DNA of 64,000 nt from Prosthecochloris vibrioformis (GTDB taxonomy: Bacteria; Pseudomonadota; Alphaproteobacteria; Sphingomonadales; Sphingomonadaceae). A model generated the notes under the pieces. That model was not told the DNA's origin, searched no databases, and saw only the letters and a program-made list of their open reading frames with translations. This document shows, one piece after another, positions 18,779-27,476 of this stretch. The stretch spans positions 2,369 through 66,368 of the forward strand of contig CALRJR020000009.1 of the NCBI GenBank assembly GCA_943367575.1, read 5' to 3'. The position numbers and the translations under genes were made by a program. Every line of letters starts with the position of its first letter. Position 1 is the first letter of the stretch.

Positions 18779-18806
18779 ATCCTATTAGCAATCGATTGCA
18801 AGTCAA
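18779..18806 (-). promoter_or_regulatory. sigma70-like promoter for the esterase, with the operator in the spacer (-35 TTGACT, 16-nt spacer, -10 TAGGAT)
   Basis: The reverse complement reads gtggagTTGACTtGCAATCGATTGCtaaTAGGATgtcgcc. Confidence 0.45.
18788..18799. promoter_or_regulatory. LacI-type operator palindrome, copy 4 (GCAATCGATTGC)
   Basis: This is a perfect 12-mer that lies exactly between the predicted -35 and -10 of the esterase promoter, 44 nt downstream of the LacI gene stop. Confidence 0.6.
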
Positions 18807-18842
18807 CTCCACCAAAGTCGTAGATCGCGTGACGCTTGGGGC

Positions 18843-19865
18843 TCAGCTGGACTCGCGGACGATCAGTTCGGGGGTGAGGATCGTCGATCCGGTCGCCTCG
18901 CCCGCGATCCGCTTCATCAGACTATCGACCAGATGCGCGGCGCCGGCGGCAAGGTTCTGACGCACCGTCGACAGTGGCGGCGCACTGGTGCGCGCGAGGT
19001 AGAGGTCGTCATAGCCGATCACCCTGACGTCCCCCGGCACCGACAGGCCGCGCGTCGCCAGCACCTGAATCGCGGTCAGCGCGATCAGGTCGGACGCGGC
19101 GAAGATGCCGTCGGGCAGGATGTCGGACTGGTCGAGAAACGCGTCGATATCCGATCCGCTGACTTCCGAATCGAAATGGGTCGTCGCATCGACCAGCCGG
19201 ATCCCGTCCTGCGCGGCGATCGCCGCCTTGGCCCCTTCAAGGCGCAAGGACGGCTCGATCGCCTGGGTGTTGCCGAGGAACGCGATCTTGCGGCATCCGC
19301 GGTCGATCAGATGTTGGGTCGCGAGCCGCCCGCCAAGGAAATTGTCGGTGCCGACCGAACAATGGATCTGTCCCTGCACGAACCCGCCCCAGGCGACGAG
19401 CGGCAGATAGTCGGCGGCGGTGCGATCGAGCACCTGCGACTGATCTGACTGGCCGACGATGATGAAGCCATCGACGCGGTCGGCATCAATCAGCCGCGCC
19501 AGCCAATTGTCCTGATTGGGAATGACGCGCGACAGCATCAGGTCGAACCCGCGCTCGCTCAGTTCGTCGGCGAGATAACCGATCAACGTCATAAAGAACG
19601 GGTCGGACAGATGCTGCCCGCGATCATGGCCGAGCGGCACCACCACGCCGATCGCCCCGCGCTGCTTGGTGCGCAAATTTCGCGCGAGCGCGCTGGGACG
19701 AAAATCGTGCGTCTCGGCCAGTTTGCGGATGCGTTCGGAGGTCTTGGAATTGACCATCGTCTTGCCCGCCAGCGCGCGCGACACGGTCGCGGCCGACACA
19801 CCGGCCAGTTCGGCAAGGTCGTAGATGGTCTTGATCTTGCGCGCCAAATTCCGCCTCCGCCTCAC
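18843..19865 (-). CDS. LacI/GalR-family transcriptional regulator
   Basis: It has the HTH block IYDLAELAGVSAATVSRAL followed by a periplasmic-binding-protein-like sugar-binding core. The ORF opens with GTG 19865. A TTG at 19847 preceded by GGAGGCGG would give MARKIKTIYDLA, a more typical N-terminus. Confidence 0.9.
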   Translation of the reverse strand: MRRRRNLARKIKTIYDLAELAGVSAATVSRALAGKTMVNSKTSERIRKLAETHDFRPSALARNLRTKQRGAIGVVVPLGHDRGQHLSDPFFMTLIGYLADELSERGFDLMLSRVIPNQDNWLARLIDADRVDGFIIVGQSDQSQVLDRTAADYLPLVAWGGFVQGQIHCSVGTDNFLGGRLATQHLIDRGCRKIAFLGNTQAIEPSLRLEGAKAAIAAQDGIRLVDATTHFDSEVSGSDIDAFLDQSDILPDGIFAASDLIALTAIQVLATRGLSVPGDVRVIGYDDLYLARTSAPPLSTVRQNLAAGAAHLVDSLMKRIAGEATGSTILTPELIVRESS

Positions 19866-19925
19866 GCAGCCAAGGGGATAGGGTCGCGCCGCGTCCTTTG
19901 CAACAAGCCCGTCCCCGGTTGCAGG

Positions 19926-21227
19926 CTAGTTGCGCCGGAACCGGGCGAGGTCGATCGCGCGCGCCATTGCGGCATTGCCCGCGTCATTGGGGTGGACGTT
20001 GTCGCCGGGATCATAGGCCGGGTTGAGCCGCGTCGGACGCGCCGGATCGCGCAGCACCGCGTCGAAATCGACCAGCGCATCGAACTTGCCGCTTGTCCGG
20101 ATCCACTGGTTCACGGCTTGACGCAGCGCCTCGGTCTTCGCGCTATACAGCCATGTCCCCTCGGTCGGGGCGATGGTGGCGCCCATCACCTTGATCCCGT
20201 GCAGATGCGCGCGATCGATGAATTGAGAATAGGCCGCGATCAGGTCCTCGGCGGTGACCGCCTCGCTCGCCGGAATCCCGGGGATCGCCGCGAAATTGAT
20301 GTCGTTGATCCCTTCCAGCAGGATCACCCAGCGCACGCCGGGCCGCGCCAGCACATCGCGATCGAACCGGGCGAGCGCCGACAGCCCCGCCCCGTCGCGC
20401 CGCACGCGGTTGCCCGAAATTCCCATGTTGATGACCGACAGGTGCTGCGTGCGCGCATCTCCCTGCAACCGCTCGGCCAGCAGATCCGGCCACGCCCGCC
20501 CCGTGTCCGGGCTCGTGCCATAGCCGTCAGTGATCGAATCGCCGAAGGCGACGATCGTGCCAGCCTTCGTATCCGCCTGAACCGCCAGCCCGCTCAGCCA
20601 GAAATAGGACCGGTTGGTCTCGGCGTCGGGCAGCGCGGCATCGCCGGTGCGCTGTCCCTTTGCGACATAGGTGGTGCGTAGCCCCAGCGGGTGCAGCGTG
20701 TTCACCGCGACGTCTTCAGGAAGATGAATCGACACCGCGAGCAGCTCCAGTGCAGCGACATCGAGCGTCACCGGATCGCTGAACACCACCGCGCCCGGCT
20801 GGATCGTGACACCCGCCTGACCGGCAAAGCTGAGCGCCCGCGACGTATCCGCGCGGATCGCCCCAGCTTCGGCGCTCTTGGCAATCGCCGCGCGGCCGAT
20901 GCGGAGCGGCTCCCCGCCGCTCGCATTGGAGAATTGCACCCGCCACACGCTGCCTTTGACGGTCGGGCGGACGACCATGCGCACGGTCTGATCCTTCAGC
21001 CGTTCCGGCGTCGGCAGGATCGGCGAGGGCGTTGCGGGCGGCAGCGGCGCGGGCCGCGTCTCCCCCGCCGGGCGCGGCGGCAGGCGCGGCGGCGGCATCG
21101 GCGCGAGCTGTTGCGCGGTGCCCCATGCGCTGATCCAGCGATCCTCCGCTTGCGCCACCGGCGACAGGATCAATGCGACCGCGCCGCACAGCACGATCCA
21201 TCCGCGCATGATTGCCCCGTTTTTCAC
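19926..21227 (-). CDS. exported SGNH/GDSL hydrolase with an N-terminal beta-rich domain
   Basis: The GTG start at 21227 has GGGAGGGG 4 nt upstream (alternative ATG at 21209). The signal-like N-terminus ends at AQA. It has the SGNH blocks FGDSITDGYG, GISGNR, GINDI and DNVHPN, plus a Pro-rich linker near the N-terminus. Confidence 0.85.
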   Translation of the reverse strand: MKNGAIMRGWIVLCGAVALILSPVAQAEDRWISAWGTAQQLAPMPPPRLPPRPAGETRPAPLPPATPSPILPTPERLKDQTVRMVVRPTVKGSVWRVQFSNASGGEPLRIGRAAIAKSAEAGAIRADTSRALSFAGQAGVTIQPGAVVFSDPVTLDVAALELLAVSIHLPEDVAVNTLHPLGLRTTYVAKGQRTGDAALPDAETNRSYFWLSGLAVQADTKAGTIVAFGDSITDGYGTSPDTGRAWPDLLAERLQGDARTQHLSVINMGISGNRVRRDGAGLSALARFDRDVLARPGVRWVILLEGINDINFAAIPGIPASEAVTAEDLIAAYSQFIDRAHLHGIKVMGATIAPTEGTWLYSAKTEALRQAVNQWIRTSGKFDALVDFDAVLRDPARPTRLNPAYDPGDNVHPNDAGNAAMARAIDLARFRRN

Positions 21228-21265
21228 CGAACCCCTCCCGCGTCATGCCAGGCGACCGAACGCCT

Positions 21266-21277
21266 GCAATCGATTGC
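21266..21277. promoter_or_regulatory. LacI-type operator palindrome, copy 5 (GCAATCGATTGC)
   Basis: This is a perfect 12-mer in the divergent region between the SGNH hydrolase (start 21227, minus) and the protease (start 21355, plus). Confidence 0.55.
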
Positions 21278-21354
21278 CGACCGCTACCACCGTGCTGATC
21301 ACGCCGCAAGCCGACGCGCTTGGCGTGGCGCACCGGCCTGGTTAGATCAGTGCC

Positions 21355-22584
21355 ATGCGCCTGATCCCGACCTTCCTGCTCCTGCTCGCATGGTGCGCGC
21401 TACCGCCGTCCGCGGCAGCGCAACCCGCGCAGACCCGCGCCGAAGCACTGGCACAGGACGCGGCCGAATATGCCCGAGCCTATGGCGTGCCGGAGCCAGA
21501 GGCGAAGCGCCGCCTGATCGCGCAGCAGGACAGCGTGCCCGCAATCGACGCCATCGCCGATCGCTATCGCGACCGCCTCGCCGGCATCTCGGTCCAGCAT
21601 CGTCCCGACTATCGCTTCGTCGTCTATCTCACCGGCGATCGCCCGGTCCCGCCCACTGAGGTGCTGACCGGGTCGACGCGCGTCCCCGTCCAGTTCCGCA
21701 CCGGCGCCAAGGCCAGTCGCGAGCGGGTGCTGTGGGCGCTTACCAACCACCAGCCGGCGATCCGCGCGGCGCTCGCCGACACGCCATCGATGGGCATCGA
21801 TCCGCGCACCGGCGAGCTGGTCGTGATCGCCGCCAAGTCCGTGGTCGACCGCGCCGGGGGCAAGGCCACGCTCGACGCCCGGCTGACGCAGCTGACCGGC
21901 GTGCCGGTGCAGGTGCGCATGATCGATCAGGTCGATCGCAATCTGGGTCCTCAGGGCGGCGGGCGGCTCGACGGCACCGATCCGGCGAGCGGACGGCGCT
22001 ATCGCTGCACCAGCGGCTTTCTGGTCGGCGACGGCACGCGCACCGGCGTGACCACCGCCGCACATTGTCTGGATGACCTGGCCTATATCGATCCGGCGCG
22101 CCAGGCGACGCCGCTCGGCTTTGTCGGGCAATGGGGCTGGGGCTATCACGATGTCCAGATCCACACCGTCCCAACCGCCGCGCGCCCGCGGTTCTTCGCC
22201 GACACGGCGCGGACGCTAGCCCGCCCGGTCGAGGCGCAGCGCGCCAAGACCAGCACCCGCGCCGGGGATTTCGTGTGTCATCGCGGCGAAAGCACCGGCT
22301 ATAGCTGCGCCGAAGTGGCGTTGCTCGACTTCGCACCGTCCGGCCAGCTGTGCGGCGGTTACTGCCTGCCGACCTGGGTCGCTGTGTCCGGCCCGACCTG
22401 TAAACAGGGCGACAGTGGCGGCCCGGTGTTCAGCGGCACCACCGCATTCGGCATCGTCAAGGGCGCCGCATTCCGGCCCGACGGCTCCTGCGCGCTCTAT
22501 TTCTATATGTCGCTCGATTACCTGCCGACGCCCTGGCGCCTGCTGACCGAAGCCGCGCCAGCGCCGCCGGTCGCACAGGAATAG
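21355..22584 (+). CDS. secreted S1-family serine protease with a long pro-region (alpha-lytic protease / streptogrisin-like)
   Basis: The N-terminus MRLIPTFLLLLAWCALPPSAAA is signal-like and is followed by a pro-region of about 190 aa. The catalytic blocks are TAAHC (His), HDVQI (Asp candidate) and GDSGGPV (Ser). Confidence 0.85.
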   Translation: MRLIPTFLLLLAWCALPPSAAAQPAQTRAEALAQDAAEYARAYGVPEPEAKRRLIAQQDSVPAIDAIADRYRDRLAGISVQHRPDYRFVVYLTGDRPVPPTEVLTGSTRVPVQFRTGAKASRERVLWALTNHQPAIRAALADTPSMGIDPRTGELVVIAAKSVVDRAGGKATLDARLTQLTGVPVQVRMIDQVDRNLGPQGGGRLDGTDPASGRRYRCTSGFLVGDGTRTGVTTAAHCLDDLAYIDPARQATPLGFVGQWGWGYHDVQIHTVPTAARPRFFADTARTLARPVEAQRAKTSTRAGDFVCHRGESTGYSCAEVALLDFAPSGQLCGGYCLPTWVAVSGPTCKQGDSGGPVFSGTTAFGIVKGAAFRPDGSCALYFYMSLDYLPTPWRLLTEAAPAPPVAQE

Positions 22585-22720
22585 CGCGGCAGGATTTGGC
22601 GCTGGTTACCCGAAAATCTGTGCTGAGACGCACCGACACGCCGTGCGATTGACCATCGCGCCCGGTTGGCCAATCCCGTCCACGCCCGGCGACCAGCGTC
22701 GAGCGAAGCGGAGTTTCGGG

Positions 22721-23299
22721 ATGCGACTGCTCGACATCGTAGGCATTGGCGGCACTGCGAAGCCTTACTCCTCAACCGAATCCGCACTTCGACTGGCACT
22801 GGAGGCAGCGGCTGCAGCGGGAGCACGGACCCGGCTGTTCGGAGGGGCCGAGCTGGCGATGCTGCCGCATTATCTGACGCCGACGGCCACCGATCATCCA
22901 ACCGGCCGCGCATTGGTGGATGCGGTGCGCGGCGCCGATGCGGTACTGATCGCTAGCCCCGGCTATCACGGATCGGTGTCGGGAATCGTCAAGAACGCAC
23001 TGGATTATCTGGAGGAAACCGCGCGGGATGCGCGTCCTTATCTCGACGGATTGCCGGTCGGCCTGATCGTCACCGCTTATGGGTGGCAGGCTACCGGCAG
23101 CACGCTGGCGACGCTGCGCGCGATCGTCCATGCCTTGCGCGGCTGGCCGACGCCGCTGGGCGTCACGGTCAATTCGATGCAGTGCCAGTTTGCGGACGGC
23201 GGCTGCAGCGATGCCGCAGTCTCCGCGCAATTGGCGCTGGTGGGGCAGCAACTGGTCGAGTTCGCAAATTTGCGCCGCAATGCAGCGGCCGCAGCCTGA
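22721..23299 (+). CDS. NADPH-dependent FMN reductase family protein
   Basis: ORF 22643..23299, with the start at ATG 22721 (GCGGAG upstream). It has the N-terminal flavodoxin-like block MRLLDIVGIGGTAKPYSST and the block LIASPGYHGSVSGIVKNALDYL. Confidence 0.8.
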   Translation: MRLLDIVGIGGTAKPYSSTESALRLALEAAAAAGARTRLFGGAELAMLPHYLTPTATDHPTGRALVDAVRGADAVLIASPGYHGSVSGIVKNALDYLEETARDARPYLDGLPVGLIVTAYGWQATGSTLATLRAIVHALRGWPTPLGVTVNSMQCQFADGGCSDAAVSAQLALVGQQLVEFANLRRNAAAAA

Positions 23300-23328
23300 T
23301 TCATCGCCGCGCCCTGCCCTCCCAATTC

Positions 23329-23349
23329 TTTCAATTACATTTCAATACT
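23329..23349 (+). promoter_or_regulatory. AT-rich direct repeat TTTCAATTAC-A-TTTCAATACT in the long TBDR upstream region
   Basis: Two 10-mers (9/10 identical) are spaced 11 nt apart. Further CAATTA motifs lie at about 23390 and 23410. The local GC is clearly below the surrounding sequence. Confidence 0.35.
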
Positions 23350-23529
23350 CTACGCGTCGCAACCGGCTGATTACGCGCGCCGTTGCGGCCAATTATGTCG
23401 GTTTCGGGTCAATTAGTTATTCGCTCGCGCACAAGACCCTACGCCCGCGCCATGGCTCAATCCCCTCACTGTCGGGAGCATCCTGAACCAACGGGAGCCC
23501 CATCTCGGGAGGATCAACACGATTGGGGG

Positions 23530-25986
23530 ATGGCGATGAAAACCGCATCTAGCAACTTCGGTGTGACGGCATGGCGGCTCGCATTGGTGGCGACCGCATC
23601 GACATTGGCAATGACGCCCGGCCTTGCTGAGGCACGCGATACGGCGCCCGGGGGGGCAGAGACGCGGACGGCGGCAGACCCGGTCGAGAATGACCAGACG
23701 GGCGAGATCGTCATTTCTGCGTCCAAACGCGACACCAGCCTTCAGGACGCGACGCTGTCCGTGACCGCAGTCACGGCCGAAACGCTGAAGGAATCGAACA
23801 TCACCGAAATCACCGGCCTGAACGGAACCGTTCCCGGGCTGGTCGTGGCGCGCAGCGGCGGTGGCGAGCGGCTGATCTCAATTCGCGGCGTGGGTTCGGA
23901 AACGCCCGAAAATGCCAATACCCAGCCGGGCGTGTCATTCCATGTCGATGGCGTCTACATCTTCAACTCGATCGCAGCCAATGCCGCCTTTATCGACATC
24001 GCCCAGGTCGAGGTGCTGCGCGGGCCGCAGGGCACGACCTTTGGTCAGGGATCGACCGGCGGCACGATCAACGTCGTCACCAACCAGCCGTCGACCAGCG
24101 GTTTTGCCGGTGACCTGAGCGTCGGGGTCGGGAATTACGGGCTGACTCAGGGCAGCGCCGCGATCAATCTGCCGATCGGCGAGTTCGCGATCCGCGGCGC
24201 AGTGCAGTATCAGAAGCGCGACGGCTATGCGGTCGCGACCGGGGTGCCGGGTAACAGTGAATATGATCTGGACGACCAGAATGAGATCGGCTGGAAGCTG
24301 GCCGGAATCTGGCAGCCGACCGACAATCTGTCGATCCTGCTGACGACGATCCAGTATGAAGCCGACACCCATGGCCCGGCGCAGAAGAACATCCTCGACC
24401 CCAACCCCGACCCGCGCGTCCTGACCCAGGATTATCCGGGGCGGTCGATCATCGACACCGAACTTTATTACGGTGTCGTCCGCTTCGACGCGGGCTTCGC
24501 CGTCGCCAAGTCGATCACCAGCTATCAGAAGCTGAGCAGCCGCCAGAGCTGGGACGGCGATGGCCTGACCGGCGACCTGTTCGAGCGCAATGTGCTGGGC
24601 GGCTACAAGCCCGCACTGAACGGCAACCCGGAGCGCCTGGGCGCGCGCTACGACCATGTGCCCTTGTGGCAGCAGGATACCAAGAGCTGGACGCAGGAGG
24701 TCAACCTCGCCTCTTCCGGCGACGGGCCGTTCACCTGGATCGTCGGCGGCGTGTATCTCTGGTCGAAGAACGCCCAGTATATCGCGGAGTATCGATCGAA
24801 CACTGGCGACCCCTATGCGGTCGCCCTGCCCCCGACGACGCCCTATAACAGCCCGCTCGTTCCGCTCGTCACCTATGCCGAGCTGTCCGAAATCACGCGT
24901 GAGGCCTATGCCGGCTATTTCGAGGCGTCCTACGCGCTGACCGACGCGCTGAAGCTGACCGCGGGGCTGCGCTACAATCACGACGTCTATTCGGGCGTTT
25001 CCGACACCAACAGCAGCGGTCCGACAATCACCTCGGGTGCCTATCTTCAGCTGAGGCCGACGCCGGGACTGACCACCGACGAATGGACCGGAAAGGCGGC
25101 GATCGATTACAAGCTGACCCCCGACAACATGGTCTATTTCAGCTATACGCGCGGCTTCAAGCCGGGCGGGCTCAACGGATCGGCCGCGGGTGCCGCGCCG
25201 CAGGTGCTGGGCTTTGCCAATGGCATCCGCCCGACCTATCAGCCCGAAACGGTCAATTCGTTCGAGCTGGGGTCGAAGAACAGCTTTGCCGGGGGCAAGG
25301 GCAGGCTCAACCTGTCGGCCTTCTACTATGATTATTCGAACCTTCAGTTCCTCGACGAGGACGCGATCCTGTTCGGCGAGGGTGTGGCCAATGCGCCGAG
25401 TGCCGAAATCTACGGCCTGGAGATCGAAGGCGGGTTCAAGTTCGATGACCACTGGTCGCTCGACGGAACCGTCTCGCTGACCCGCGGCAAGTTCAACGCC
25501 GATTTCCTGGCGCTGGACCCGGCGGCGGCGGTGCTCGCGCAGAATGCCGCCGGCTATTACGGCACCGGGGAGTTCTTCGCCAATTTCTATGCCGCCGCGC
25601 TCGCCCGCGACGCCGCACGCGCCAACATCAATGGCAATAATGTGCCCAAAATCCCCAAGATTCAGGGCAGCGCCACGCTCGGCTATTACAACACCATCGC
25701 TGGCGGTGAGCTGACGGCCAAGGCGACGCTGATCTATCGCGGCGAGTATCAGTATCGGCTGTTCAACAACTCGATCTACGACACCACGCCGGATTATGCC
25801 CAGGTCAATCTCTTCGCCCAATATGAGCCGGAGGGGACCAAACTGGCCTTCAGCCTGACCGTAACCAATCTGTTCGATACGGCCGGCGTCAATTCGCGCT
25901 TCTCCGACCCCTATGGCAGCGCGCAGACCTATGACACCTACATCGCCCCGCGCCAGGTGCTGGGGACGATCAGCTACAAGTTCTGA
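23530..25986 (+). CDS. TonB-dependent receptor
   Basis: ORF 23383..25986, with ATG 23530 giving a signal-like MAMKTASSNFGVTAWRLALVATASTLAMTPGLAEA. GEIVISASKR is TonB-box-like and VEVLRGPQGTTFGQGSTGG is a plug block. The C-terminus ends in an aromatic residue (..ISYKF). Confidence 0.92.
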   Translation: MAMKTASSNFGVTAWRLALVATASTLAMTPGLAEARDTAPGGAETRTAADPVENDQTGEIVISASKRDTSLQDATLSVTAVTAETLKESNITEITGLNGTVPGLVVARSGGGERLISIRGVGSETPENANTQPGVSFHVDGVYIFNSIAANAAFIDIAQVEVLRGPQGTTFGQGSTGGTINVVTNQPSTSGFAGDLSVGVGNYGLTQGSAAINLPIGEFAIRGAVQYQKRDGYAVATGVPGNSEYDLDDQNEIGWKLAGIWQPTDNLSILLTTIQYEADTHGPAQKNILDPNPDPRVLTQDYPGRSIIDTELYYGVVRFDAGFAVAKSITSYQKLSSRQSWDGDGLTGDLFERNVLGGYKPALNGNPERLGARYDHVPLWQQDTKSWTQEVNLASSGDGPFTWIVGGVYLWSKNAQYIAEYRSNTGDPYAVALPPTTPYNSPLVPLVTYAELSEITREAYAGYFEASYALTDALKLTAGLRYNHDVYSGVSDTNSSGPTITSGAYLQLRPTPGLTTDEWTGKAAIDYKLTPDNMVYFSYTRGFKPGGLNGSAAGAAPQVLGFANGIRPTYQPETVNSFELGSKNSFAGGKGRLNLSAFYYDYSNLQFLDEDAILFGEGVANAPSAEIYGLEIEGGFKFDDHWSLDGTVSLTRGKFNADFLALDPAAAVLAQNAAGYYGTGEFFANFYAAALARDAARANINGNNVPKIPKIQGSATLGYYNTIAGGELTAKATLIYRGEYQYRLFNNSIYDTTPDYAQVNLFAQYEPEGTKLAFSLTVTNLFDTAGVNSRFSDPYGSAQTYDTYIAPRQVLGTISYKF

Positions 25987-26010
25987 TCCTCGATACGCAT
26001 GGGGATTTCT

Positions 26011-26046
26011 GCCGGGCGGCGTGGCGACACGTCGCCCGGCTTTTTT
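26011..26046 (+). terminator. intrinsic terminator after the TBDR gene
   Basis: GCCGGGCG...CGCCCGGC forms an 8-bp stem that can be extended through GCGT/ACGT, and it is followed by TTTTTT. Confidence 0.7.
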
Positions 26047-26204
26047 GGTGCAAACAGCGTAAACCGGCCCGGATTGGACGCGCCGGGGCGGGATCAATTG
26101 TTCGGGCGCGGGCGATCAAGTCTTGATCCGCCATTTGCTTAGTCTCCTCCTCAATCGACCCCCGGCTCATTCCGACCGCGCGGATCGAGCGAAGGAGTGC
26201 GCCG

Positions 26205-27476
26205 ATGCCACGCAGTCTATGGGTCATGATCGCCGCGTCGCTGGGTTTCGGCTTTGTGACGGCGACCACCTTCACCTCGCTCGGCTATGTCCTCTACACG
26301 ATGGTCGCGGACCTCGGCTGGTCGCAGGCGGCGGCGGGGAGCAGCTTTGCGCTGCTGGGGCTCGCCTGTGGCCTCGCCAGCCCGCTGCCGCCCTTTCTGA
26401 TCAAGCTGGTCGGATCGCGGCTGACCTTGTTCATCGGCGCAATGGTGCTCGCCGCCGGGTTCCTGCTCGCTTCGGTGGTTCAGGGGATCGGGCTGTTCTT
26501 CCTCGCAACCGCGCTGATGGGTGCCGGCTTTTCGCTGATCGCGCCATCGCCCGGCGTGTTCCTGATCGCCACCTGGCTGCCCGAGCGATCGGCGCGGCTG
26601 CTCGGCGTCTATTTCATGGCGGGGTCGCTGGGTGGCGTGGTCGGGCCGCTGATCGTCGGCGCGATCGTCGGCCTAGCGGGCAGCTGGCGGCTGCACTGGG
26701 CGATGATGGGCGTCGCCGCGATCGCGCTCGGCCTGCTGTTTCTGGTTGCAGTGCGCGACGCGGTGACGGTGGAGAGCGCGGATCAGGTCAAGCACGCCGC
26801 GAACGGCCAGGCCGCCGCGGCCAAGGCACCCGCCTGGACGGTGCGTCAGGCGATGCGCAGCCCGGCCTTTTTGCTGATCGCAGCGGCGATGCTGGTGGTT
26901 CAGACGGTGGTGACCACCCTCCATTCGGTGCTCGTCTCCCATGTCGCCGGGATTGGCGGCGGCGCGGGTGCGGCCGCAGCGGGGGCGCTGGCGATGAGCC
27001 TGCTCGCGCTGACGGGCACGCTCGCCAAGGGCGCAACCGGCGCGTTGGCGGAGAAATATGACGCGCGCTGGCTGCTCATCCTGGGGCTGGGGCTGCAGTT
27101 CGGCGCGGTAACCCTGCTGGCGACGGCACAGACGCCGGGGCTGGCGATCCTGGCCGCGCTATTGTTCGGGATCGGCTGGGGCCTGGCCTGGCTCAGCGCG
27201 CATGTCCTGATCCTGCGCTATTTCGGTGCGGCGCTGGCGGCCGACCTGACCGCGATGGCGACCATGGCGACGACGCTGGCCGTGCTCGGCCCGCTCAGCG
27301 CCGGCTGGGTAGCCGACCGCACCGGCGGCTTTGCGCCCATCTTCCTGGTGTTTGCCGGGCTGCTCGCGCTCGTCATCGCATCGACCACATTGTTCCTGCG
27401 CGCGCCGCGCGCGCTTCCGCAGCCCGATGTCGCGCCGTCGCGCGACGACGACCCTCTTCTCGTCCCTGCTGAATGA
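26205..27476 (+). CDS. MFS transporter
   Basis: GAAGGAG RBS precedes ATG 26205. It is 423 aa and hydrophobic with a 12-TM-like profile. It is the first gene of a tightly packed plus-strand operon. Confidence 0.85.
   Translation: MPRSLWVMIAASLGFGFVTATTFTSLGYVLYTMVADLGWSQAAAGSSFALLGLACGLASPLPPFLIKLVGSRLTLFIGAMVLAAGFLLASVVQGIGLFFLATALMGAGFSLIAPSPGVFLIATWLPERSARLLGVYFMAGSLGGVVGPLIVGAIVGLAGSWRLHWAMMGVAAIALGLLFLVAVRDAVTVESADQVKHAANGQAAAAKAPAWTVRQAMRSPAFLLIAAAMLVVQTVVTTLHSVLVSHVAGIGGGAGAAAAGALAMSLLALTGTLAKGATGALAEKYDARWLLILGLGLQFGAVTLLATAQTPGLAILAALLFGIGWGLAWLSAHVLILRYFGAALAADLTAMATMATTLAVLGPLSAGWVADRTGGFAPIFLVFAGLLALVIASTTLFLRAPRALPQPDVAPSRDDDPLLVPAE

Noticed and set aside
23300-23529. Possible riboswitch (cobalamin or TPP) in the long TBDR leader
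   Set aside because: I could not find a B12-box-like or TPP-type conserved core by eye. The structure there looks like protein-binding repeats. An Infernal/Rfam scan is needed for a definitive answer.
23935-26097. 720-aa minus-strand ORF
   Set aside because: It is fully antisense to the second TonB-dependent receptor and crosses its terminator. Its composition is Arg/Gly-rich with no motifs.
26114-26128. Palindrome GATCAAG-T-CTTGATC upstream of the MFS/Rieske operon
   Set aside because: It is a single copy with 7-bp arms and could be an operator. There is no second copy and no cognate regulator evidence, so it is too weak to report as a feature.
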